The position numbers and the translations under genes were made by a program. From sequence record PQ451753.1: 64,000 bases of DNA. One strand, given 5' to 3'. The notes beneath the pieces are model-generated. The model made no database searches. It saw only the letters and a program-made list of their open reading frames with translations, and was not told where the DNA came from. Position 1 is the first letter of the stretch. Each line of letters opens with the position of its first letter. Positions 27,974 through 37,667 of the stretch are shown here, piece by piece.

Positions 27974-28195
27974 ATGGAACTTACAACTCGTCTAGAACAA
28001 ATCGTTGAAGCAATGGTAGAAGCAGCAGAACAATCAATCATCCATCCAGAGATGGTTAACGAAATCAAACAGCTGCGTACTAACGGTTTCAATACACGTG
28101 ACCTATTCGGTGTACGTGCACACGAATTCGTAAATAACAACTTTGAATCACTACCACTAGAAACACGTGTTATCTGGTTCAATAGTTTAGCCTAA
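27974..28195 (+). CDS. Small early protein in single-gene cassette
   Basis: 73 aa between early promoter cassette and terminator. Confidence 0.7.
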   Translation: MELTTRLEQIVEAMVEAAEQSIIHPEMVNEIKQLRTNGFNTRDLFGVRAHEFVNNNFESLPLETRVIWFNSLA

Positions 28196-28221
28196 CCACT
28201 GCTGGCGTTGCTACGCCCTTT

Positions 28222-28250
28222 GAGGAGTCTTCGGACTCCTCTTTTTTTTT
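28222..28250 (+). terminator. Intrinsic terminator (cUUCGg)
   Basis: GAGGAGTC-TTCG-GACTCCTC followed by T9. Confidence 0.9.
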
Positions 28251-28462
28251 GTCTCTCCATTTATTTTTTTGCCTTAAACTGATCTTATTATATGCTGAAG
28301 TAAGTCGGCGACGATTTTAGATTTCGACTCTAAAAAAGTTTTTTCGGAGGGAGAAGCCTTGTTTTCCAAGGTTCTTCTAATTTAATCGAACGGTTACTCA
28401 AACTGTTCATATGTAGAAACGTCTACATAAACCCTGAACTTTAACACAAAAGGATACTTATC

Positions 28463-29044
28463 ATGGCATATGTTCTTGACATGACTAAGGCGCACAAACA
28501 AAGCTTCATCGAACTGGTGAACTCTGATAACGCCGCAACTATTCAAACGCCTCTTACTCTGGCAGCTGTTCTTATCAAGAACGAGCGCGTTGTAGACAAA
28601 GCAGGCGAAGGTATTGACCGTGGTTTCGCGGTTACACTTGAAAACGCTGCTTACGCTCCTGATACTGTAGAAGTATTCTGGAACAAAGTTGAACTAGCTG
28701 ACGTTATGGAGATGATCATCTCTGACGAAGGCGCGAACGACTTCGACTGGTACGCACCTGATACATGGGATGCTGAAACTTCTCCTGCTCAAGCAATTGC
28801 TGCTTTCAAAGCTGCTGCTACCCGTGCTGGCATCGACCCTGCTGCAACAATGGAAAACATTGGTGTAACTCGTCGTTTTGACAACACTGAAAACCGTTAC
28901 TTCCTTGACTTCACTCTGACGTCAATGGTTTTCGACGGCACTGTAACCTTCCGTATGCCACGTCACTTCTCTGAAGAAGTAACCGTGACTAAACTGAACG
29001 GTTTCGCATACAGCCCAATCCAAGCGGCTGACGTAGTATACTAA
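28463..29044 (+). CDS. Tail-fibre-like/virion paralogue
   Basis: MAYVLDMTK start, FWNKVEL, TKLNGF; high-expression codon bias. Confidence 0.55.
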   Translation: MAYVLDMTKAHKQSFIELVNSDNAATIQTPLTLAAVLIKNERVVDKAGEGIDRGFAVTLENAAYAPDTVEVFWNKVELADVMEMIISDEGANDFDWYAPDTWDAETSPAQAIAAFKAAATRAGIDPAATMENIGVTRRFDNTENRYFLDFTLTSMVFDGTVTFRMPRHFSEEVTVTKLNGFAYSPIQAADVVY

Positions 29045-29132
29045 TCTCTGATTGGTAACGCTTCCCTATAGGGTGGTTAACGCCGCCCTATAAACCTTGA
29101 ATTCAAAGAACTCCGAAATAAGGATAAACATC

Positions 29133-29663
29133 ATGGCATATGTTACTGACATGACTAAACGCCCAGTAGAAATGCTTCTGGGTCTTATCAACGCCGACAA
29201 CAACCTAGGTCTGGTTGAAAGTGACGTTGAAATTCTGGCACCACAAACGCAAGCAGCGGATGCGGAAGGCCGTAACACTAACGTTCAAATCGACCTTGAA
29301 GTTCTTCCATCAGAAGTTCAAGACGACTTCGTAACGTTCGAATACGAGCGTATCGACCTTGCTGCACTATTCGGTGACATTGCACCAGAATTCCGCGAAG
29401 TTGACGTTCCTCTGAACGAAAACGGCGTACCTGCTGATTCAGCAGTATTCTGGCCAGAAGTACAACGTAAGTTTGGCGTTGCAATGAACGATGCTGACTT
29501 TGAGTACGCTCTTAAGTCTGCGGGCATCATTACTATCAGCGCTAAAGCTGGTAACCTTGCGTACATCGGTTCATTCGACATCGCTGTACAAAGCTCTCTT
29601 GAGACTCGTGTTGCGACTACCGTTCTTAACGGTTTCGAAGCACCAGCTGCTCCAGCTGAGTAA
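29133..29663 (+). CDS. Tail-fibre-like/virion paralogue
   Basis: MAYVTDMTK start, LINADN, RNTNV, YERIDL, LAYIG, TVLNGF. Confidence 0.65.
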   Translation: MAYVTDMTKRPVEMLLGLINADNNLGLVESDVEILAPQTQAADAEGRNTNVQIDLEVLPSEVQDDFVTFEYERIDLAALFGDIAPEFREVDVPLNENGVPADSAVFWPEVQRKFGVAMNDADFEYALKSAGIITISAKAGNLAYIGSFDIAVQSSLETRVATTVLNGFEAPAAPAE

Positions 29664-29685
29664 TACGACTAACCGTCGTCCAAGT

Positions 29686-29720
29686 GAGGAGGTGGCTTCG
29701 GCCATCTCCTTATCTTTTTT
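29686..29720 (+). terminator. Intrinsic terminator (cUUCGg)
   Basis: GGAGGTGGC-TTCG-GCCATCTCC plus T tract. Confidence 0.8.
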
Positions 29721-29799
29721 TGTCATCATAAATTCTGGTTAATATTTACGCGCTTTGCATTAGATATGTAGGATATAAAACTAAACAAAGGAGTCTTAC

Positions 29800-30612
29800 G
29801 TGAAAGGTGAATTTACTCCGGCTCAGGTTCGTGTTATTGATGCGCTAGTAACATTAATGCCTGAACACCGGATTATGTTGAGTCCGTCTAAGAGTAACGT
29901 CGCAATACTCTGGCCTAAAAATCAATCTGCAATCGATGTTTACGAGATAAACTTTGATGCTGCGGAAAACGTAATCATTCGCGAGCCTGACAAGCTTGGG
30001 AAACTACTTCGACGTGTTAGTCGTCAAGTGGAACAGAAAGCCGTTCATGTTTCATTTAAGGACTACCGTGTCGTAGATACATCTCATATTAACAAGTTGC
30101 ATTCTCTGTTATCAGGGACATACAGCCAGTCTGAGGTGTCTGACGTCTTGGGTGATAGTGCTCCTATTATACATGGTGTCTTGGCATTGCCGAGTAACTT
30201 TGTATTGGTGCAGGATTTTAACAAGACTGTGAGTGAGGGTACGTTCGATCCTGAATTGGGAATGAAGTACCTTAAAGATAAGATGGAAGTTGAAGCAGAC
30301 GCAAAACTGTGGGAGTTGGAGGGGTATCGTTTATATCGTTCACTTATGACCATTGATGGTTACCATAATGCTTTCGGAAGTAAGATGGTAAATACCAGTA
30401 GTAATGTGATAGACCCTGCGGTCTTGATTGCAAACTGCGCTACGGTATGGATAGGTGTGCTAAGTGATATGGTCTACTTAGAGATTGAAGAAGATCGTCA
30501 TCGTGACATCATCGCAACCTCGGAAGGGAAAGTAGAACCGTGCTTAGTAGGTATTCCACGTGAATACTATGAGCGAATGCTCACCATTATTAACACTTAT
30601 ATTGAATTCTAA
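29800..30612 (+). CDS. Hypothetical protein
   Basis: 270 aa, AAGGAG RBS, GTG start. Confidence 0.6.
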   Translation: MKGEFTPAQVRVIDALVTLMPEHRIMLSPSKSNVAILWPKNQSAIDVYEINFDAAENVIIREPDKLGKLLRRVSRQVEQKAVHVSFKDYRVVDTSHINKLHSLLSGTYSQSEVSDVLGDSAPIIHGVLALPSNFVLVQDFNKTVSEGTFDPELGMKYLKDKMEVEADAKLWELEGYRLYRSLMTIDGYHNAFGSKMVNTSSNVIDPAVLIANCATVWIGVLSDMVYLEIEEDRHRDIIATSEGKVEPCLVGIPREYYERMLTIINTYIEF

Positions 30613-30737
30613 TTATTACTTTCAATAAGTGTTTCCCATATGCGGATGGCTCCTGACGTTGTTAGGAGGATAGGGAGCCAAACAAAACTCTTTATTAGTC
30701 AGATAAAAAATAGAGGCTAGACTTAACCCAATAATAA

Positions 30738-30748
30738 ATATATATCAT
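30738..30748 (+). promoter_or_regulatory. Early promoter core (copy 4)
   Basis: ATATATATCAT then CTATGTGA. Confidence 0.7.
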
Positions 30749-30820
30749 CTATGTGAACTAAACATGATGAAACATTTGGGTGTGCTATATGACTGTATCT
30801 AGGTAAAGGTTGTTAGATAC

Positions 30821-32188
30821 TTGACTTTAAAGATACTTACTCACGCCTTGCGTGGTGAGGAGAAGCATATGTTAGTTATAAACGAAGGAAACTTAAATAT
30901 CTTTGGTAGTGGTATTTCAGTGAGGCAAGTAGTTGAGCGCTACGAGTCTACGTTAATTGATTTACCGAAGGATACCATTAAGAGCTTGTTGCGTAATGGG
31001 GATTTGACTCGTGAGTTCATGCTGAGAAGTTGGATTCATGCAAACCCTGAAGATGTCGAACAGATGGGCATTGATTTGATGCCTAGAAATGAGCTATGGG
31101 CGATTACTAAGAACCCTAAGCTCGCACGCTTAGCGCTGAAACATCGAGAGGTTGTAGAGGCTCTAGGCTCACACACCCTAGGTCGTGCATTCGACCACAT
31201 CACTCTACCTGAAGCTGATGAGTATGACGTACAATTACATGAAGTGATTGGCAACCCTACGGTTTCAGTAGAAGTTAAACGTTCATTGATACAGAAAGCC
31301 TTTCAGTCAGGCGAGCTACCAATTAAGGATGTTGATGCACTGCGTAAGTACGTACATGCAGATGTCACAATTGAGCTCGTCCGTCAGTTAGAGCAAATCA
31401 ATTACCCAGAACGTCTGATTGATCCATCTCTGTTAGAAAGACCAGCCATGCGCCGCTATAATGATTTAAGCAGCCGTCTGATGCTAGTCTTGTGTGGGTG
31501 CTTTGACGTTGAGTTAGTAGAACGTATGTTAGAAACAGACCTGTCGCAATTGTCAGCTGTTGAATACTGCGTATGGTTTAAAGGACCAACTACGAATACT
31601 CAAACAGAAGAGCTGTTGCATAAATTTGGTGATAAACCTGCTACGGTGAAATACCTAGCGGCGAAAGGTCACTTTGATGATGCAACATTGAATGAGATGA
31701 TCAAACGTATTAACAAGTACGGGGACGGGTCAGATATGGTTTCTCTTTATGAGAATAGCCATTTAACGAATGGGCAGCAGAAGACTGTACATAAACAAGT
31801 ATCGCCTTGTGTACCACTTGGCTCAGTGCGTCGTCGACTATTCGATAGTTACATCGTAAATGCTACCAAAACGGAGCTGGATGATTTCTGTCAGACTTGG
31901 TATCACGACCCCGCAATGATGTTTATGATTACATCGCCTCGCGCATTTAAACGCGCAGGTTTGCATTGCATTAGCCGTATCGACCCCGATGGTGTAACTG
32001 CATTTGACATCATCACTAAATGTAGTGGTGAAGAATTTACCGAACACGAAGCAGGTATATTAATGTCGCAGGTACTGGCATCACATGACGATGACTTAGT
32101 GACTCGTTTCATATTGATGGTTGGTATACCTACGAAGATTAAGCATGATCTAGTTCGTTGTATTGGAGATTCACGTCGTGCAGCGTAG
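30821..32188 (+). CDS. Hypothetical helical-repeat-like protein
   Basis: 455 aa, Leu-rich short helices; exact start uncertain. Confidence 0.5.
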   Translation: MTLKILTHALRGEEKHMLVINEGNLNIFGSGISVRQVVERYESTLIDLPKDTIKSLLRNGDLTREFMLRSWIHANPEDVEQMGIDLMPRNELWAITKNPKLARLALKHREVVEALGSHTLGRAFDHITLPEADEYDVQLHEVIGNPTVSVEVKRSLIQKAFQSGELPIKDVDALRKYVHADVTIELVRQLEQINYPERLIDPSLLERPAMRRYNDLSSRLMLVLCGCFDVELVERMLETDLSQLSAVEYCVWFKGPTTNTQTEELLHKFGDKPATVKYLAAKGHFDDATLNEMIKRINKYGDGSDMVSLYENSHLTNGQQKTVHKQVSPCVPLGSVRRRLFDSYIVNATKTELDDFCQTWYHDPAMMFMITSPRAFKRAGLHCISRIDPDGVTAFDIITKCSGEEFTEHEAGILMSQVLASHDDDLVTRFILMVGIPTKIKHDLVRCIGDSRRAA

Positions 32189-32208
32189 TTGCCATACGAC
32201 AGGATAAT

Positions 32209-32248
32209 GAGGGTAGCATGGGCTGCCCTCAGTCCTATTTTTTTTTTG
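32209..32248 (+). terminator. Intrinsic terminator
   Basis: GAGGGTAGC/GCTGCCCTC stem plus T tract. Confidence 0.7.
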
Positions 32249-32292
32249 TCTCGTGAAAGAATTGGCCAAAATACTACTGAAAAATATTTCAG

Positions 32293-32303
32293 ATATATAT
32301 CAT
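32293..32303 (+). promoter_or_regulatory. Early promoter core (copy 5)
   Basis: TTTCAG-ATATATATCAT-TTTAGTGA. Confidence 0.75.
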
Positions 32304-32371
32304 TTTAGTGAAGAAAACGAGATAAATCTTTTCTTCATTAGTCAACTATCAAAACTTTATAGGAGCTTAAC

Positions 32372-32902
32372 ATGACTAACTACGTATCAACTTTAAACCA
32401 ACTGGTTAACGAACTTACTGAAGACGGTATTGATGGTCAAATGTACGATTTACAAAACGTAATGAATGACCCTAAGAAAGCTGAAGCACTTGTTGAATTA
32501 GCTAAAGCAATCGATAAGCAGAATGACCTAGTTCAGGATGCGCAACAAGAATTAGGCGATACTGTCATTGTCCAACTTGGTAATGAGTCCGATACAAATG
32601 GTGCGACTCTAGCCAAAGGTGAGATTATCAAAATCACACTTAGTACGTTGAACCAACCACTGTATTGTATCGCTACACCAAAAGGCATTGCATTTGCCGA
32701 GAAGTGTCGCGGTAATCTGAATATCTTCTACAGCACACACTGCATGCCAGTGAGCTACGCAGACTGGATTTCCAATAACTGGGACATCCAAGTAGAAGAA
32801 CACGCTGACGCAATAGCGAACAGCGAAGTACTTAAAGACAACATTAAGTCATCTGACGTAATGTGTAATGCTATCAAGGAGGCTGTAAGTCTCCAAGACT
32901 AA
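32372..32902 (+). CDS. Hypothetical early protein
   Basis: 176 aa, AGGAG RBS. Confidence 0.65.
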   Translation: MTNYVSTLNQLVNELTEDGIDGQMYDLQNVMNDPKKAEALVELAKAIDKQNDLVQDAQQELGDTVIVQLGNESDTNGATLAKGEIIKITLSTLNQPLYCIATPKGIAFAEKCRGNLNIFYSTHCMPVSYADWISNNWDIQVEEHADAIANSEVLKDNIKSSDVMCNAIKEAVSLQD

Positions 32903-32948
32903 ATAATAAATAGGAGGTGGGTATCGCCCACCTCCATGGAGACTAAAA

Positions 32949-33185
32949 ATGAACAATGTAAATTCAATCGCTAAAACCAACGTCATCAAAATCATTAAAG
33001 AAGCAAAATGCCGTTACGAGAATGATGAGCTAGGCATGGTAGTTTTCCTTGAAGAACGTGCACGTGAATGTGTAAACCGCGCCAATACGTACTCAGATGC
33101 ATTAATCAAAAAGCTAAATCTATTAATCGCACGTGAACTTGTTCGTGTACGCGAACGTCTACTTGAAGTAACACTAAGTCTATAA
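32949..33185 (+). CDS. Hypothetical early protein
   Basis: 78 aa, GGAG RBS. Confidence 0.6.
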   Translation: MNNVNSIAKTNVIKIIKEAKCRYENDELGMVVFLEERARECVNRANTYSDALIKKLNLLIARELVRVRERLLEVTLSL

Positions 33186-33198
33186 GAAGGAAATTACC

Positions 33199-33828
33199 AT
33201 GACTATGCCAATCACAAAAGAAACAATCGAAAAACTATACTACCGTTGGTGGTTAGAAATCTGTAAATCAGTTGCACCTGAACAACGTAACCGCATTCGC
33301 TGTGCAGTATCAATCATTGAAGCATATCGCTCTGACTTCATGCACTCACTACTTACCCGCATTCACGAAACCGATTCTGCTAAAGAAGGTTACGATGCTA
33401 AAGAGTGGGAGTTCCGCATGAAAGCAAGTTTGGAACGTGCTATGTCAAACGACAAGAAGCGTGTAGCTGCATTAGCAAAACGTTGCCCTAATCTATTAAT
33501 CAGCATCGCTGGCGTTATCAATGGCGTACGTCGCGCTACAGATATCCGCAATGCATTCAGCACTATCCTACTACTTGATGTTGTAGACAATACAACAATC
33601 GGTATGTTAGATAAAGTTGAATTAGAAAACGTTCGCTTCATCCAACAAAGCAAATCTATCTACTTACCATTACGTGAGCCAGAAGTATACTCAGTAATTA
33701 AAGAAGTAGAAAAACTACTTGCTTCAAACGCAGTACTAAACAGCCGTATCTCGAAAGAGTACGAAAAGCGCCAAAAGTTATTATCCTCTGTACTTGGTAT
33801 TCAAGTCGAAGTTGAGGAAGTAGCTTAA
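33199..33828 (+). CDS. Hypothetical early protein
   Basis: 209 aa, AAGGA RBS. Confidence 0.6.
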   Translation: MTMPITKETIEKLYYRWWLEICKSVAPEQRNRIRCAVSIIEAYRSDFMHSLLTRIHETDSAKEGYDAKEWEFRMKASLERAMSNDKKRVAALAKRCPNLLISIAGVINGVRRATDIRNAFSTILLLDVVDNTTIGMLDKVELENVRFIQQSKSIYLPLREPEVYSVIKEVEKLLASNAVLNSRISKEYEKRQKLLSSVLGIQVEVEEVA

Positions 33829-33890
33829 TGGGGCGGACAATATATGTAGTAGATAATTAAAGAAGAAGTCAGTAGTATGACTTCTTTTTT

Positions 33891-34613
33891 TTGTCTTTAT
33901 TTTTTCACGGTCGTACGAATGGTCTGTACAGAAAGGTATGTGGGGTGATTATGATAGGTGATGTAGAATTTACATTCGCTTTGGTTGGTTCAAGAGAAGC
34001 CTCTGTAGAGCACTGTGAGGTGTTAGAAGAAGCATCCGTAGAGTTAATGATGTTAGGTGGTAAAGGGGCTTCTGGTGGCGCTCCGGGGCCAGACCATGCA
34101 TTAACGAATGCTATTCTTAGAATGATGACAGATACAGGGTTGCCTGGGTGGAACTTTGGTTCTATTCATCTTCCGTGGGATGGATTCAACGATTTGCGTA
34201 AAGGTGATATTGGTGGGGCTTGTATTATTAATGACGAGTCCTACATTCGTAAATTAGCGGAAACAATAGGACGTATTGCGCGAGGTGGGTTCTTCGGTTT
34301 AGGTCGAGGTGGTCGTAGTCTACACTCACGTAATCCGTATCAGGTGTTGGGGTATAACTTAATCAATCCTGTCAATGTGGTGATCACTTCTGCACCATTC
34401 AATAACAGAGGTAAAGTAACTGGTGGGACAGGTACAGCGTGTGCAATAGCTACTGCGATGGAAATCCCTGTAATTAACTTACAGAAACCGCATGGGTTTG
34501 AGCAACTAGAATCGCTACTGGAAGGATTAAAGAATCCGCCTACTGGATGGAAAGGGAAGTTACGTATTACGCGTGATGAGCCTACAAAAGTACAATTCAT
34601 TGGAGAAGAATAA
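33891..34613 (+). CDS. SLOG/DprA-like Rossmann-fold protein
   Basis: ALVGSR, SGGAPGPD, LPWDGFN, RNPYQVLG, GGTGTA..IA...IPVINL; start uncertain (likely MIGDV). Confidence 0.75.
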   Translation: MSLFFHGRTNGLYRKVCGVIMIGDVEFTFALVGSREASVEHCEVLEEASVELMMLGGKGASGGAPGPDHALTNAILRMMTDTGLPGWNFGSIHLPWDGFNDLRKGDIGGACIINDESYIRKLAETIGRIARGGFFGLGRGGRSLHSRNPYQVLGYNLINPVNVVITSAPFNNRGKVTGGTGTACAIATAMEIPVINLQKPHGFEQLESLLEGLKNPPTGWKGKLRITRDEPTKVQFIGEE

Positions 34614-34918
34614 TGTCAGTTGAAAAATCATATAACGTCGACGTCTCTGAACGTTACGAAGAAGGGGCTGTTGTAATGTACAATGGTTCTGACCAATCAT
34701 TAAAGAACCATGCTTGGGGTTTGGTGTATGCAGACGGTCAATCTACTTCATACGGCTGGTGTCCGGTTACCGATACAGAAATGGTTGAGCTATCTAATCC
34801 GGAATATCTAACGTCTCCTGAAGGTATTACTTATCAAGGTTCGCATTACATCCCTGAACTGAAGAAGAACGGCAAGGTGGTTAGAATTCGTCGTACTACA
34901 ACTGTGGAGGTTCTATAA
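34613..34918 (+). CDS. Hypothetical protein
   Basis: 101 aa, coupled to neighbours. Confidence 0.55.
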   Translation: MSVEKSYNVDVSERYEEGAVVMYNGSDQSLKNHAWGLVYADGQSTSYGWCPVTDTEMVELSNPEYLTSPEGITYQGSHYIPELKKNGKVVRIRRTTTVEVL

Positions 34919-35973
34919 TGGCTGTAGTGCAACGTGGTTTGGTTGAAGAGCTAGATAACATCTTTGGTCAGTATCGTGACAAACGCGTCACAGTGTTTCA
35001 TTCTGGTGGGTTAGATTCGAACATTATCCTTGCGGGTCTTTATTTTGCAGGTGCGGATGTTAATGCGGTATCAATCCGTGCTAAGGTGTTGGCGTCGGCA
35101 GTTATTGAAGAACGCACACGTAAGTTATTTATCGAACGTTTAAAAGAATCAAACAAGGGTAAAGGTTCCATTACTTCTGAGACTATTACTTTCGACGGTA
35201 GTCTACAAGGTATTCATCGCAACCGTTTCTCGCAAATGGCTATCTGGTTAAACATGTTGCCGATTGTTTCTCGTGAGAATGACGATGCTGTTATTCTCGG
35301 TTATGTCATGTCTGACCAAGGTAACACGATGATTGATTACCTCAAGAAGACATGGCGTACGCATGCGGCATACCTTAAGTGGGGTGCGAAGTTACCTTCA
35401 CTAGATTTCCCAGTAACGCGCTTTGCTAAACCTGAGCTGATCAAATACTTACAGCATAAGTGTAAAGAGGTGGGTGTGAATGAAAACATCGTTCACATTC
35501 ATTGGTTCTGTGAGTTACAGCTAGGTTCTATCATGAATCGTTGTGGTGACCGTTGTGAAAGTTGTAAACGTGCCAAGAACGAGAACCTCTTTGATTGGGA
35601 TATCGCAACCAACGTCCGTAGAGTATTTCGTACGCGTCTAGAACTAATGGAGTTCTTAGAGTTAGACCGCGACAATGAATCACTCCGTATGAAGAAGAAC
35701 AAAGACGGTAGTGTCGAAACATATATCGTAAATAAAAATACGGACAAGCAACGTTTGGTTTATACAACCAGAAAATTGGATGCGTGTTATTACACACATC
35801 CAGAAGAAATTTCCATGCCTAAGAAATCGTCACCATATGATCATTTCGAACATGCTGCCACAGACTGGTTCCCTGAACCTTCATTCTTCCCTGAGTATTA
35901 TTTGGAGTTAGATGAAGATATCAAAGCCAGAGAAGTAATGGAGAAAGAAACCCATGAGCTCGCAGAATCCTAA
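34918..35973 (+). CDS. QueC-like PP-loop ATPase with Zn site and C-terminal extension
   Basis: HSGGLDS PP-loop; WFCE...CGDRCESC Cys cluster. Confidence 0.75.
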   Translation: MAVVQRGLVEELDNIFGQYRDKRVTVFHSGGLDSNIILAGLYFAGADVNAVSIRAKVLASAVIEERTRKLFIERLKESNKGKGSITSETITFDGSLQGIHRNRFSQMAIWLNMLPIVSRENDDAVILGYVMSDQGNTMIDYLKKTWRTHAAYLKWGAKLPSLDFPVTRFAKPELIKYLQHKCKEVGVNENIVHIHWFCELQLGSIMNRCGDRCESCKRAKNENLFDWDIATNVRRVFRTRLELMEFLELDRDNESLRMKKNKDGSVETYIVNKNTDKQRLVYTTRKLDACYYTHPEEISMPKKSSPYDHFEHAATDWFPEPSFFPEYYLELDEDIKAREVMEKETHELAES

Positions 35974-36466
35974 GTATGTTGAAGAAGTTGCTATCTTCTC
36001 AGAAGAAGGTAAGCTACTAAGTAAACAAGTTAAACCTATCGATGAACAAACCCTCAACTTTCTAAAACAGATTGCGCCAGATAACATTGGTGAGTGGTCG
36101 GGCATCCTCATCGGTCGTCAACACGCACAGTTTAGTGGTATTAACGATAGACTCCTCACTACATTGGTAGAGGCGGCTGCTGCGGGTAAAGATACCGTGT
36201 TGATAATGCCAAGATGTCATGGTAGAAGAACTATGGAACGTGCAGTTGAAAAGGCGCGCGGTATTACTATCGGTCATGATGCTGATATGAAGAGACGGGT
36301 ACAACGTATTCTATCTACCACATTAAGTATTGACCCAATACCTGACCCGTGTAGTGAATACTTTGAAGGTGAGGAATTTGAAAATCGCCACACTTTAAAG
36401 GTGGAAGCAAATCGTAAGGTTGGTGGTAAACATGCACAACCGTTTTGGCGCAATGGTCGTTGGTAA
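35954..36466 (+). CDS. Hypothetical protein
   Basis: 170 aa; C-terminal GKHAQPFWRNGRW. Confidence 0.55.
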   Translation: MSSQNPKYVEEVAIFSEEGKLLSKQVKPIDEQTLNFLKQIAPDNIGEWSGILIGRQHAQFSGINDRLLTTLVEAAAAGKDTVLIMPRCHGRRTMERAVEKARGITIGHDADMKRRVQRILSTTLSIDPIPDPCSEYFEGEEFENRHTLKVEANRKVGGKHAQPFWRNGRW

Positions 36467-36645
36467 TTAGTATGGAAGGTCGTAAGGTAGGAACTACTAA
36501 AGTTAATGTCGGGGCATACGGTACGGTTGAAATGACAGTGGTGTCTGTTATTGATCCAGAAGCGACTATGCCTAAAAGTCTTCCTAGGGATAAGAGTAGG
36601 CGTGGTAAACACGCCAAACCTTGGTATAAAAGAGAGAGATGGTAA
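36445..36645 (+). CDS. Small hypothetical protein
   Basis: <=66 aa; C-terminal GKHAKPWYKRERW; start may be MEGRK. Confidence 0.45.
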   Translation: MAQWSLVISMEGRKVGTTKVNVGAYGTVEMTVVSVIDPEATMPKSLPRDKSRRGKHAKPWYKRERW

Positions 36646-36830
36646 TGAAAGGTTCAAACGTTTATACGTTAAAAACATTAAAAGATGCAGAGTTCTCAAC
36701 AGTTAACCGTAACAATCAGTGGGTTCCTGCACGACCTATTGGTCTATCTGGAATACGTCATCGTCTACATATGGCGTGGTTGGCATTCACAGGTCAATGT
36801 GACCTAATCAGATGGCCTGAGGGTCAATAA
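36639..36830 (+). CDS. Small conserved phage protein
   Basis: WVPARP...RL..AW..FTG..D..W motif recalled from many phages. Confidence 0.6.
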   Translation: MVMKGSNVYTLKTLKDAEFSTVNRNNQWVPARPIGLSGIRHRLHMAWLAFTGQCDLIRWPEGQ

Positions 36831-36858
36831 CAACAACTGACTATAATAAGGATAAACA

Positions 36859-37290
36859 ATGTCAGGTACAGATGTATTTATATCGTTACTTACAACGCAG
36901 TTATTCGTATTCGGAATTTACCGATTCACCCAATGGCTTAGTCGACCACTAACCCGTGATGAATACGAACTGTGGTCATCGGTTGCATTACAGCGTCTTT
37001 ACTACGAGCGTTTGAAAAAGCAGTTCAATCGTTTCCGTGCACAAATCCCTCAGATTGATTCAATCATAGAGCGTGATGAAGAATACTTAGCTATCGCAGA
37101 ACTGGCAGGTGGTAAGCGAAGTAAACATAACCTAGCAATAGGTGCACACTACCTTGATTGTAATGAGCCGTTACATCAATGGGCGGTACTTAACATGGAT
37201 ATCTTACCCAATGAAGTACTGTCTGAGATATACAAAATCTCTCGCGATTTAGATCGTGAGTTTGCAGAAAACATAGTTTATAACGTCTAG
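36859..37290 (+). CDS. Membrane-anchored hypothetical protein
   Basis: N-terminal hydrophobic helix. Confidence 0.55.
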   Translation: MSGTDVFISLLTTQLFVFGIYRFTQWLSRPLTRDEYELWSSVALQRLYYERLKKQFNRFRAQIPQIDSIIERDEEYLAIAELAGGKRSKHNLAIGAHYLDCNEPLHQWAVLNMDILPNEVLSEIYKISRDLDREFAENIVYNV

Positions 37291-37298
37291 GAAAGATA

Positions 37299-37667
37299 AT
37301 GACCTTAGTTGATATAATTGGTGAGAAACGTCGACATCAACAAATTGTAAATGATGCCGATAAGAAAATCGTACAACAAGCAATAAAGCTTGGCGTCCGC
37401 AATACGAACATCGATACAGTGTACGAGTTAGTTGAGTATCATTGGAAGATGGTCGGCAACAAAGTACTGATAAACTGGAAAGAAGAAGATGAAGAATTCC
37501 AAGAACTTGATATGTGTATTACTGAGTACACTAACGACGGCCCTATTTTCATCTTCAGTGTTTGGGATTGTAATATCGCAGGTAATATAGGCGAAGACGC
37601 AATCGTGTTATTAAACGGACGTAACTTAATTGGTGAGCTAAATGAGCAATCCCGTATTAAGCGTTGA
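37299..37667 (+). CDS. Hypothetical protein
   Basis: 122 aa. Confidence 0.55.
   Translation: MTLVDIIGEKRRHQQIVNDADKKIVQQAIKLGVRNTNIDTVYELVEYHWKMVGNKVLINWKEEDEEFQELDMCITEYTNDGPIFIFSVWDCNIAGNIGEDAIVLLNGRNLIGELNEQSRIKR

Noticed and set aside
30646-30680. GGCTCC...GGAGCC hairpin after the 30612 stop
   Set aside because: No U tract and only modest stability; probably a weak terminator or 3' stabiliser, too little evidence for an ncRNA
36274-36699. Short minus-strand ORFs opposite accessory genes (here and about 60 others in the track)
   Set aside because: Antisense to better-supported genes, lack RBS, and have atypical codon use
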